This document shows, one piece after another, positions 11,213-22,274 of a stretch of 64,000 bases of DNA. Both the position numbers and the translations under genes were made by a program. The DNA is from Pocillopora damicornis. Lineage: Eukaryota. Below the pieces are notes generated by a model that did not search any database, was not told the DNA's origin, and worked only from the letters and a program-made list of their open reading frames with translations. Each line of letters starts with the position of its first letter. Within the stretch, counting starts at the first letter, position 1. The DNA is taken from the NCBI RefSeq assembly GCF_003704095.1, contig NW_020846109.1, positions 186,001-250,000 of the forward strand. The letters run 5' to 3'.

Positions 11213-14200
11213 ATGATCAACAACATGGCCATGAAATTAGTTATAGAGACAGTGAAGGCGAGATTCCCTAGGGTGCCGTATATCTCAACTGGAGAGTTGT
11301 GGCAGCTTATGAAAAAAGGCAGTTCAAGTCAGAAGTTAGTCTTGTTGGTTAGTATTTTCCCAAACCTTGCTCTGATTTTGCATGTATTCGCTCGATCGTG
11401 TGAAACATACATGTATTAAAAGTTATCTAATTAACAAATAGATTCCAAGTTGCCGTGCGTCTGCTCAGTAATAGATCACAGATGACGTCAAAACGTGGTA
11501 AGAACAAAAAAGTGGCATACGAGGCGCAGCCGAGTGTGTCACTGATGTTCTTACCACATTTTGACGCCCTCTGTGATCTATTACTGAACAGAAGCACGGC
11601 AACTTGGAATCTATTTGTTTTATATAATAAAGAATTAAAATATACGGAAAAAAAAGTTTTAATGATGACGTCATCTATACGTCTGTCCTCCAATAGATCA
11701 TAAGTGAGAACCAATCAGAATGTGTGCATAACTGAGCTTATTATATAATTAACAAATAGATTCCAAGTTGCTGTGTGTCTGTTCAGTAATAGATCACAGA
11801 TGACGTCAAAACATGGTAAGAACAAAAAAGTGGCACACGAGGTGCAACCGAGCGTGTCACTGATGTTCTTACCACATTTTGACGTCCTCTGTGGTCGATT
11901 ACTGAACAGAAGCACGGCAACTTGGAATCTATTTGTTTTATATAATGAAAAATTTAAATAATCGGGAAAAAAGTTTTAATGATGACGTCATCCATACGTC
12001 TGCCCTCCAATAGATCATAAGTGAGAACCAATCAGAATGTGTGCATAACTGAGCTTATTGTATAATTTTCATTGGACTTATTTCACGTTGGCCTTACGGG
12101 TTTGATGACTGGACTCTGGTTGGAGATGTTCAGATTCAGGTCATTGTGTTGTGTTCTGTTACCAAACACTCTGCTTGTTGGGGGGGTGGGGGGGGTAACC
12201 TTCATCCAATCCAATACTCTTATCTTAATTCAGTTGCTTCATATCATGGAGACAGGATTAAGCAATGGCTTGATTGGCCTCTTTGCTGGCATATTGCTTT
12301 CTACCAAATTGCGTGGGACGTGTAAACAATATCACTAATTTTCCAACTCCTTAGGCTATGGTTAGTCCTTCTTTCTTCTGCATGAGTCAAGAGGCATCAG
12401 CTTAAAAATATACTGATGCTGCCTGAACTACAGAAAGTAACACAGGCTCAAAAAGAGGCTAGGAGACTAAGCCGAGGAGTTGAAGTTCATTACACCCATT
12501 AGGCAAATATATGATTGGCTGTTTGTCAGACATCTGTTAACAAGGGGCAACTGGTTGTTATTAAAACTCAAGATTGATTTACTGACTACATTTGTTTTTG
12601 CCCCAGGTTTAGTGAAACCAATCTCAAGTTATTAAGTAATGATGATTTTATTTTATTTTGAAGGATGTTCGAGAAGAGAAGGAATTTCAAGTTAGCCATC
12701 TTTGCAGTGCCAGGCATGTTGACCCATCAACAAAAGACATGGACAGTCTCATGAAAACTATTTGTGAAACAGGTAAGCAAGGGAGAGATCTTTCTGCCTA
12801 TGACCATTAATCAGGGGAAGAAAAACTAATGTTAAATTAGCTCATGAGTTAGGAAACCCATTTTGGTGGAGATTATTCTGGGACTATTGTTTTCCCTTCC
12901 TCCCTACTCCTCTAGTACATCAGAGGATTACTTCCCAACACTTCATCAGGCTCTCCTGACAATTTAATAGTAGGCATGTATACTCTTGGCTGGAGAAGTG
13001 CACCTTGAGAGCCAAGTGTCTTGCTCAAAGTTACAATACAGGTTCTTATGCAGAGCTTGAAAGCTGAGCTTTAAATCTGGAGTTCCTCACAACAGCCACC
13101 AAGCCACTGGGTCCCCTGCACAACCTGATGGTTAAGACACAGGATCTAAAAGTCTAGTTTTTCATCAAGGTGGGGTCAGTTTTTATGGGGGGGTCTTCTT
13201 ACATTGGTGTTCTCTACCTTGGAGGGTGCTAGAGTACCCTGATAGGGTGCCATTTGCTACTCATTGCTGATTTTTGTAGCATCAAGAGACAAGGAGACCA
13301 TGCTGTATTTGGATGCTATTTCAGTATTGTTTACTGCAAACTCCTGGGTAGCAAAGAGCACTGTAAGGGTTAAGTGTTAGAACACAATGACCCACCAAGG
13401 GCCTGCTGTGGTGTGTGGACTGTGAGGTCTAGCATAAATGACAGTTTATTATTGAAGTGTGTGTTGTCAATTATGATTACATACAATACTAACATTACTT
13501 AAAAAACTCATTACTTACAGTACTTACTCTACTAACAATTACTGTCATAACTTGAAAAACTCACTTTACAGCTTACAGAAACTTGCTCAACTAATAATGT
13601 TTACACTGCTAACAATACTAATTCAAACACTAATAATTACATGGAATACTGGCATTGCAATTGTCATGTTAATAGCTTTTTTTTACAATATTTTTAGTAC
13701 TACATTACTTGCCATACCAATAATAGCAATATGTTTTAATCAATACATACGTAAAAGATTAATAAATAGATAGATAGATAAACAAACAGATTAATAAATG
13801 AATAAATATATAACTAGATGATTGAATAAGTATAGAGTATGTTTATGCAGCAGTAGTAATCAGCATTGATTTCTTGGAGGCAGAGCAGTAAACCAAAACT
13901 TACAAAAGAAGCATGTGTCTGGGGAGAAGGGACAGTGCTACAGAGAATGAGAGAAAAAATAATTCGATATGAAATTGTCGAGTTGTGTTTGGAAATTAAA
14001 TATCTAAAAAGTTCCAGTATTTTGTTTTTGCCAATATCTTACATTTACAGAGAAAAATGGAGCTGGAGCCACTTTAAGAGAGGTGAGCAAAAACCAGAAA
14101 TGAGCACTAACACTATCTGATACACTAAATATTTTTTCACTATAGAGAAATCATCTGAAGACAGTGTTCAGGTTGTGTGCTACTGTTCTGTGGGTTACAG

Positions 14201-14489
14201 GTCAAGCGCTCTTGCTCAGGAGTTGTTGTCTGAAATGAGAAAGCCTGCTTATGAAGAAATAAAATCGAAGATTAGGATTTATAATTTGGAAGGTTCAATC
14301 TTTAAATGGGCCAATGAGGGTAAAGACCTCGAAGACAACAGAGGAAGGAAGACTACAGTCGCACACCCTTACAGTAGTCTGTGGGGAAAGTTACTGAATG
14401 CAGAGCTGCGGTGCTCAGAACCCTCTGAATCTGATGAGAATCAAGAGATAGATCAGAATAATTCATCACCAAAATCAAGTAAAATGTGA
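11213..14489 (+). CDS. Single-domain rhodanese-like sulfurtransferase (3 exons)
   Basis: Exons 11213-11347, 12664-12772, 14146-14489 in phase. LVLLDVREEKEFQVSHLCSA, active-site loop VCYCSVGYRS, YNLEGSIFKWANEG, HPYSSLWGKLL. Confidence 0.88.
11428..12067. mobile_element. Two head-to-tail copies (period about 318 bp) of a non-autonomous hairpin repeat in rhodanese intron 1
   Basis: Each unit has about 70-75 bp inverted arms (AACAAATAGATTCCAAGTTG..GTGGTAAGAAC) around a GAGGCGCAGCCGAGTG-type loop, plus a unique tail. TAATT occurs at 11428, 11746 and 12063. Another copy is at 52701-53020. Confidence 0.85.
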
Positions 14490-15683
14490 ATGGTTGAGAA
14501 AAGATTGGTAACAGGCAGGAAGCTCAAAATTAGTTGTTGCCAGAGCAGAACAAACATTTAGAGTCATATTACTGTCTTCAAAAAGTAGCATACTAGGCTA
14601 CATTATTAATCCTTTCACTCCTCAGAGTGACCAAACAGAAATATTCGCACGTTTTCAAATAAAAAGGTGATAAGAAGCAAAGAAACAAAATTTGAGATAC
14701 ACACAATCTGATTGTCCATTTACTATGACATCGGAAACCAACTGATTGATTTAAAAGTATCGGTGCTAAATAAAACGACGTTTGATAGGATATAGTGGAG
14801 TTTCATTGACTTTTTCCATAAGCGGCTACCAAAAGTGTAATATACGGCTGAGCAGGAAAAAGGGGCCGTAAGGCAAAACCCTTACAAGAGAGGCTAGTTA
14901 CAAGCCAAGCAAACGGCGGTAAGAGGTCTTATGGGCAGCGGTAGACCGCCGGTGAGCGCTTTTATTGAAACCTCTGACATAGTTAACTAATCATCTGGTC
15001 GAATTAGAAGAACAAATTGTTTAAAAAGCAAGGAACGAATTGTTGTCTCCACTGTTTTAGGGGTATTAAATACACAACACATTGTTAATGAAACAGCAAG
15101 ACACGAAATGAAACATTGATCTGTTAGACGTGGCAGGAAATACTGAATAGTCAGGCCCAAATGTTTGTAATAATCTGCTGAATTCGGTAGAGGGTTTTTG
15201 AAAATGGTCCTTACTCAAACCTACTCCATAGATTCTCCTAGTAGGTAAAGCTGTCCTTTCCAGTATCTGACGATAAATGTCTGAAATTAGTCAATGGTCT
15301 TCGGAACCCCCCTTAAATATAAGACAGGAGCGTCAAAAGTTAAACTGGAGACGTCATGTTGGCGAGTCATCTTTGTTCAGTAAAACTGTACTTTCAAATG
15401 TCAGACGGAGGTGTACTCGTTAGTATCGTAATCAGACCCGAAGCTGAAGTGATGGTCGCAAAGGTAATCGTGGTACTTGGAGTACCAATGGTGGCGAGGA
15501 TAGAGTAAGGGCAAGGGAAGGAAAAGTATCAAACCCTCAGTCCAATCATCAGCTGAGGTCTATCTCGGTCTGGATTCTATCTACATCGTTCAACTTTTTG
15601 AAACCAAGAGATAATGAAACTCTTACTTCAACTTTACAGAGTAAGCCATTTCATACGGTAAATGGTTTGAACCAGGGGTAACA

Positions 15684-15901
15684 TGTGATAGTGTACTCTG
15701 TTCGTCCGGGTGAGTGAAGTCCTGAAAAGGACTGTTTTCGGTGGTGGCGACTGACGTTTCAACAACTTGAGCAGAAGTAATTATCAGAGTAAAGTGACAA
15801 GCTGACTCTGACACTCAGGTTGTCGAAATGTCAGTCACCATTACCGAAAACGGTGCTTTTCAGGACTACACTCACCCGGACGATCAGAGTATACTATCAC
15901 A
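15684..15901. repeat. Palindromic Penelope pLTR-like/retrozyme-like repeat with degenerate hammerhead motif
   Basis: About 90-bp imperfect inverted arms (TGTGATAGTGTACTCTG..CCGGGTGAGTG..CCTGAAA). Minus strand reads CTGATAA-TTACTTCTGCTCAAGTTGTT-GAAACGTC. Confidence 0.6.
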
Positions 15902-16180
15902 AGCTATTTCATATGACATTTCTTCCCCACACCTTATATATTGATATCTTACTCATTTCAGATTTTGAGTGAAAGGAGTATAGGGTTGCTTGAGGCTGAG
16001 ATGATTATCAATCCGAAAGGATACAATGTAAAGATTTATTTAACAATATATATATACATACATACACATATATATATAAAACAATAGTCAAGGTATCTCA
16101 AAATAATTTTTCATGAATGATCACGTCTCATATCAGTAAGGGTTTATCGCTGAATCTTGTTTAGTTTTAACCAGTATATT

Positions 16181-16588
16181 TTAGAGTTTCTTGTTGAAAA
16201 TGGACGGCGTCTCGTGAATCAATTCCTCTCCAAATCTCTTTCTCAAAATCCTTGCCTTCCTTCGTTCCACTAGTACTTCATCACTTTCCTTAACGATTCC
16301 GACTCGACGTCTCGTCACCCACGGCATTCTGTCTTCGTACTGCTGCGATCTATCCCGCGCCGTGCGACTTGAATGAGTTTCGATCCTCTTGGCTGTCACA
16401 TCTTCGTGATTTTTCGGCTGATCTGTATGGTTCTCTTCTTTGGTTTTCTGCCTTATGTTTCCACCTTCAAGATCAACCTGTACATCTTCAAGACTCAAAT
16501 CATGATCTGATTGCGAGTTCCTGATTTCCGAAACGCCAGTTTCTTTAATCGTTGAATCTTTACTTGTGACTGGAGTAAACTTTGCCAT
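16181..16588 (-). CDS. Hypothetical 135-aa hydrophilic protein
   Basis: ATG in good context (ACCATGG) just after a TTTTTAG acceptor near 16607; AATAAA downstream near 16035; no recognised domain. Confidence 0.4.
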   Translation of the reverse strand: MAKFTPVTSKDSTIKETGVSEIRNSQSDHDLSLEDVQVDLEGGNIRQKTKEENHTDQPKNHEDVTAKRIETHSSRTARDRSQQYEDRMPWVTRRRVGIVKESDEVLVERRKARILRKRFGEELIHETPSIFNKKL

Positions 16589-17363
16589 GGTTGCTTTTCG
16601 GAAATCCTAAAAAAATTCAATTTTGGCTTTCTGTTTAGCCTTAGTCAAATTTTGAACCTTATCGTTAACGTGAGGTAGATGTAATGTTTACCAAAAACAA
16701 CTTGTTCCCTGCTTATAAAGAGAAATGATACAAGATGATTGACTGCGGCCGACCCAATCCACGCTGATTACAGAAGTCCCTGGAGTTAAGATGCCCCTCC
16801 CTAAAGTTTCTGTCGGCACTCACAAAGAGGTCAATGTCGTAACCAATATCACGAAAATAACTTTTCGAAAACAAAAAACTTTTTTCTTGAGTAAGGAAAG
16901 GTAAAAAAAGACAGGACAGCATGGGACATGATCTAAAATTCTTGGTTACATAACCGTTTGAACGACTCTCTGAAAAATGGCTCCATCTCACGTCGTTCCT
17001 TTTCGTCTGCAGTAAGAGCATCTGCACGTAGGTGAAGAAAGAAGATAAAGGCGTGGTCAGAAAGGTGTTACTGCCATCCAATTTGGCTCTGAAGTGAAAA
17101 TTGTTGTTTTTTTGCTAATCTCCAAATATGGAAAACCAAAAATTGCTTTTTTTAGCAAAAATATTTACCAAATAGGTAACACTAATTGAAGGTCTCCGGC
17201 AGGAAGTTATATTTCGTTATGAGAAATTGATGACGAAGCTGGGTTTACGGGCAGAATTTGTCACAAACTTGACAAAGAATTACCAAAGGCGAAAAGATCA
17301 GAAGGACCTCAACATGTCCCGGATCACAGGTACCCCAGGCACTGACGACGAGACGGTTGCGCA

Positions 17364-17570
17364 TACGTGTGGAATTATTACGCAATTTTAACAGCTTTGA
17401 ATGTTGAGACTCCTGCGAGAATCTCGAAATAGATTATTGAAGTCTCTCATTATGTGACGTGAGGGCGTACGTGTGAAATTATTTCGCAATTTTAACAGCT
17501 TTGAATGTAGAGACTTCTGCGAGGATCTCCAAATAGATCATTGAAGTCTCTCATGATGTGACGTAAGGGC
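17364..17570. repeat. Local tandem duplication, two units of about 103 bp
   Basis: TACGTGTG..GCAATTTTAACAGCTTTGAATG..GAAGTCTCTCAT..GTGACGT.AGGGC repeated from 17364 and 17468. Confidence 0.85.
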
Positions 17571-18255
17571 TTCAGATACTTTTCGTAGTTTAGGTAGTTT
17601 GCCTATTCTTACTTTGAGTTATCAGTGACTAATTATAATTTAAAACTTTGTTCATATTGGATGTCTTGATTACTCTGAGTTTGCTATTTCGAGACTCAGT
17701 AAATTGCTAACTTCGTTACTGCTTGCTCTAGACTTGGTTTTCTAAACAGTACTCATAACAAACCCGTACAAAGTGACATAAGCGCTTTAGAGATGTGACG
17801 TTCCCTATCAGTTGCAAACATAGCGACCCTCGACACCAAAGGAAATCAGATCAAATCTTGATCGTTACTTTCCGGGAAAAATAACTTTAGGATAGTCCAT
17901 GTGAATAATGTGCTCATTTTTCGAAATAGACAGAAATTCGCGTGAACAGACGGTAGAAAGGGTTTTAGAAGTTTATCTCGGCCAAACGTCTCTTTCATCG
18001 AATTTTTTATTTCAGTTTGAGAAAAAGTCAGTTCTTATCAGAACATTCCCATCGGTTTATGAGGAAAATTTTCTGGAATTTACAGGTATATATACTTTTT
18101 TCCTGATCGTGAAAGTGTCAATTTACTCTCCGTTCGACGAGATTGAAGAATTTCTCGTGGGCGTTGATCCTCAATGGAAAAAAATATACCATGGTGAACC
18201 CACATGTAGTGATATAATAGGCTGAATTTTACACGTGTTTTACATGCTTCTTGGT

Positions 18256-18600
18256 TAAGATGTATTGGAGGGCAGACGCATACATGGTGTTACCATGACA
18301 ACATTTTGCTTCTTTAGTATATAACACAAATAGTTTCCATGATTTCGTAGGTTTGTTCAGTTAAAGATCACAGATTACGTCAAAATGTGCCAAGAACATC
18401 AGACACACCTAGCTGTGCTTCATCTACCACTGTGTTGTTCTTACCACATTTAAACGTCATCTGTGATCTATTACTGAACAGACCCACGGTGACATGCAAT
18501 TTATTTGTTTTAAAGAAGCAAAAATGTTGTCATGGTAACATCATGTATGCGTCTGTCCTCCAATACATCATAACCAAGAACCAAGTAAATGTGATTCGCA
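18256..18600. repeat. Diverged relative of the 11.4-kb hairpin repeat
   Basis: Shares TGTTCTTACCACATTT..CTGTGATCTATTACTGAACAGA and GCGTCTGTCCTCCAATA; long imperfect palindrome. Confidence 0.65.
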
Positions 18601-19249
18601 AACCATTTTGCTTTGGGAGATTTAACTTACATAAATATTGGTCGTTTTTAGCCCTCTGCGGAAAAGTTTTGAGGCGATAAGACTTTAAAAAAATCAAATC
18701 ATAAGATATCAAACCAAATAAACGTGAAAAGCATTCATGGTTTAAATGAGTCCACTTCAACAGTAGGGTATAAGGCACCCTTTAAGTTAACCTTTTACTA
18801 GAATTTCTCCATATGCCAAAGTGGAATGAGTGAGTGCCAATCTAAAGAGCTTTTATTACAGTTCTAGATGCTTAATTAATTTATATAATCTGAGACAAAA
18901 TTGGACATGTAAAATACAGGTCTACAATTATCTAGGTATATGTTATTGTTACCATGTTTTATAATTACACTTAACCATACCTAAACACAAAGTTAAAAGT
19001 ATCTTTAAGAACACATAAGTTTGAACCAAAGCATTTATAATGGATATTTCATTGTAAGAACAATATGTGACCTTGTAAATAATGATTTGTTAATGCCTGG
19101 TTAAAATAGTCAGTTCTATTAAATAACAAGATTAGTACAAAAACAACTGCTTGTGAATATTACTTATGACAGCTTGAGGTTACCATTACCCAATGTTATT
19201 TGAAATATTAAAATTGCTTATAATTTTCAATACAACCCTCAATTCCAAA

Positions 19250-19600
19250 TATGTGAATATGAAAGCAATCTTTGCAGTAAAGACCTACTTGAGCACTGAG
19301 TAGTGAAAATAAGGCCTGAAAAAAGAAATTTTGGCCTGTACTGGATTTTAACCCATGACCTCTGCAAAACCAGTGCAGTGCTCTACCAACTTAGCTAGCA
19401 AGTCAACTGGGAGCTGATCACTACTTTGGTTCCATATAAACCCATGAAGTGATGAATAAATAACTGTGAATATATGAAAATCATAAATATGTGAACTGTG
19501 GATAAAGATGTGAATATGAAAGTGATCTTCACAGTAATGAGCACTACTTAAGTGGTAGTGAAAATAAGGCCTGAAAAAAGTTCAGGCTTATATGGCCTGC
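19250..19600 (-). repeat. tRNA-derived SINE-like repeat with partial tandem second unit
   Basis: GTGAAAATAAGGCCTGAAAAAA occurs twice; GGATTTTAACCCATGACCTCTGC..GCTCTACCAACT; homologous to 9810-9947. Confidence 0.55.
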
Positions 19601-20016
19601 ACATTAATATCAATTTTACACGAAATGTAAATGCCCCAGTCTTAACTGGGCAACCTCATTATTGAAGAAGCTGCCATAATTCAAAGTACCAGCATATAAG
19701 TTTAACACTAGCCCATGAATCAAACCTCTTACTCAACTGGAATAGTACTCAACATGAATGCATGAGTTGAGGAGTTAAAGTTGTTTTGTGAAGAGAGCAC
19801 TGATCTCTTGTTTTGACATAGGTTTTGACTATCTTATTACATGATAAAGTAACTTCATTAAATTTTAAGTATATAAAATAGAATTTTGATATCCTTGAAT
19901 CAGTGATTGTAAAACTATTTCTACTTATGTGACTTAAAATGTCTGCATTTTATATAAAACTATAAAAAATTATTGCTTCTTGGAGGGTCACAAGCCTCCC
20001 AATTTTACTGTTTATC

Positions 20017-21862
20017 TCAATTTTTTGCAGGATTTATCTTCTCTAAAATTTGTCTTAAGAAGTATGCATGCCATCTTGCATCTTCTGTCAATTCTGGATG
20101 AAAAGCAGTTGCAATCAAGTTGTCCTGAACCACACCCACCACAACAGGCTCCTCTCTCTGTGGTACAGTGATTGTGGCTAAAACTTCAACTTTAGGGTTG
20201 TTAACAGACACCACTGCTGGAGCTCGAATGAAAACACCATGGTACCCATCATCTATGCTGCCATCACTGAATCCATTTGAGCTATTGCTATGATACTCTG
20301 CAAGAAACTTATTGTGGAGACTCACATTTGCTTCAAAACTGTTGACTTGACGACCAAAAAAGTTCCGGGAGGTTGTGACATCAATACCACCAATCTGGTG
20401 ACAAAGATTATAGTGACCAGTGACTATTTTAAATCTAATCAAAAACTATAACAAAATTCTGGAACATGATTGGTTATCACCAGCCTGAGCATTGATAGGA
20501 CTGTGTACACATCATGCTTGTGATTGGACACTTAACATATCATGCCTGTGTAAGTGAACAGAATGTATCATGCCTGTGCTGTTGTCTCACATCTTACCAA
20601 GTTGGCGTTTTTTTATGAAAATGTAAAACCAATGTCCAGTTTCTTTCTCAAATTTTGTCACAGTTTTGATCAAGTAGTAACAGGACTTAATGCATCCAAT
20701 TCTGTCTGTAATCATACTCTTGATTTATATATCAGACTCCCACTTTGCAGTTGTCCCATTTGTTAATTACTTGTATGATTACAGACTGCATTGGACTCCA
20801 CTCTGTCCTATTACCAATATCAATTTTTCTAGGATGGATATTTGTCACATAAGAACCCAGTTAAAGCATTGCTCACTATCAAGGTCTCTCTGACTCCATG
20901 GTCAAGTGTTTGAGTAAAATCTGGTTTCACTCTCAGGTTTGATTCTTTGTGGGCAATTCAGATTTTCCTTGGACTAATAGAATAGATAGAAGAGTTTAGT
21001 TGTTTTATTGGGATTTTTCTTCCTTGATACAACTACTTTACAGAAACAACTCATTCTACCTTTCAGATTCTCACTACAATTTTCCATCTCTTTCATGGAT
21101 TCCCTGTCATGCCTGATGAGTCCCTTTAGGAACTCAGTAGACGAATCCTGAACATGCTCCCTGACACAGCCATCAGGGTTGTGCTCATTAATGTCAACCC
21201 CATGACTTACCTCTATATGTATGTGGCGAAGGATTGTGGGAAGGAGAGAAAATAGATGGCCTGGATTGGTTGCCTCTAATAAGCAAAGGACTCAGTTCAT
21301 AGACAGAGCTGGTTGCCAGTGGGGGAGGGGAAGGGGAGTAAGTGGGGGGAGGGAGAGGCCTTCATAAGGGAATCAAGTGCTGAGCTCTGGGTGCTTAAGA
21401 GTAGAGGCTAGGGATACTCTATGAGGAATTATACTCTGTCACAAAACACTAACTATGTGATACTCCCCTCTCCGAGTTGTTCTGTGTTCGTTCAAACCAA
21501 CAACTTACCTTCGATTGTCCACCTTCTTTCTGACCCTCAATGTCATTTGAAAGTAAAATCAGTCCAGCGCAAGTTCCCCATACAACTCTCTGATTCTCTT
21601 TAGCAGCGATCCATTCTTTAAGAACCTCCTCAAAGTTACTTGCTTGAAGGAACAAACTCATTGTCGTGCTTTCCCCTCCAGGTAATATCAGTCCATCCAA
21701 CTCTACCAGTTCATCTGGCTCTCTTACGTCCACAACTTCAATCTCAGTTTCCTTGCTGAGTGTCAAATCATTCGCTGCTTTGAGAAGGGCAGCTCTATGC
21801 TCGAAGAATGCTCCCTGGATTGCTAAAACACCTATCCTGATCTTAACACGAGTTTCAGACAT
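20017..21862 (-). CDS. PDX2: Pyridoxal 5'-phosphate synthase glutaminase subunit (PdxT/SNO), 2 exons
   Basis: Exons 21862-21509 and 20394-20017. IGVLAIQGAFFEH, LILPGGESTT, WGTCAGLILL (catalytic Cys), RNFFGRQ, VFIRAP, FHPELT (His/Glu of triad). Confidence 0.95.
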
Positions 21863-22274
21863 GTTGTCTTCAAAGCGGTCTACTTCAGTGTTCGTGGTAA
21901 GATTTTGGCAGCTGCGAGGGTGGGGTAGGTGGTTTTGAGTAGTATGCAGAAGATTTTTCAGTGCGAATATTTTTACTATGTTCTCAATTATTAAGCTTAT
22001 GATTGTTTATTTACAAAGGCTTTTATAAACCCTCTATTCTTTGTTAACATTATATCTCTGTGGTACCTTAGAGCTTCACTTCCTGAGTGACAACATTAAT
22101 TTACCCTCCCCTCCGAGGCTAGTATTGTTGAGATGGAGCCCGCGTTGTTCGTCGCCGACTGCTCACGTGTAGTGAAAAAGTACGGAACGTTGTGAAACTT
22201 TTAGACGTTGTTGCGCGAGATTACTCAACGAAAGGTCCTAGAAGAGGAAACGAATATTAATTTCTAAATCAGTC

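Noticed and set aside
11427-11961. Several 60-95 aa ORFs on both strands (also 52738-52944, 18387-18680)
   Set aside because: They lie within the palindromic non-coding repeat and are not conserved in frame between copies.
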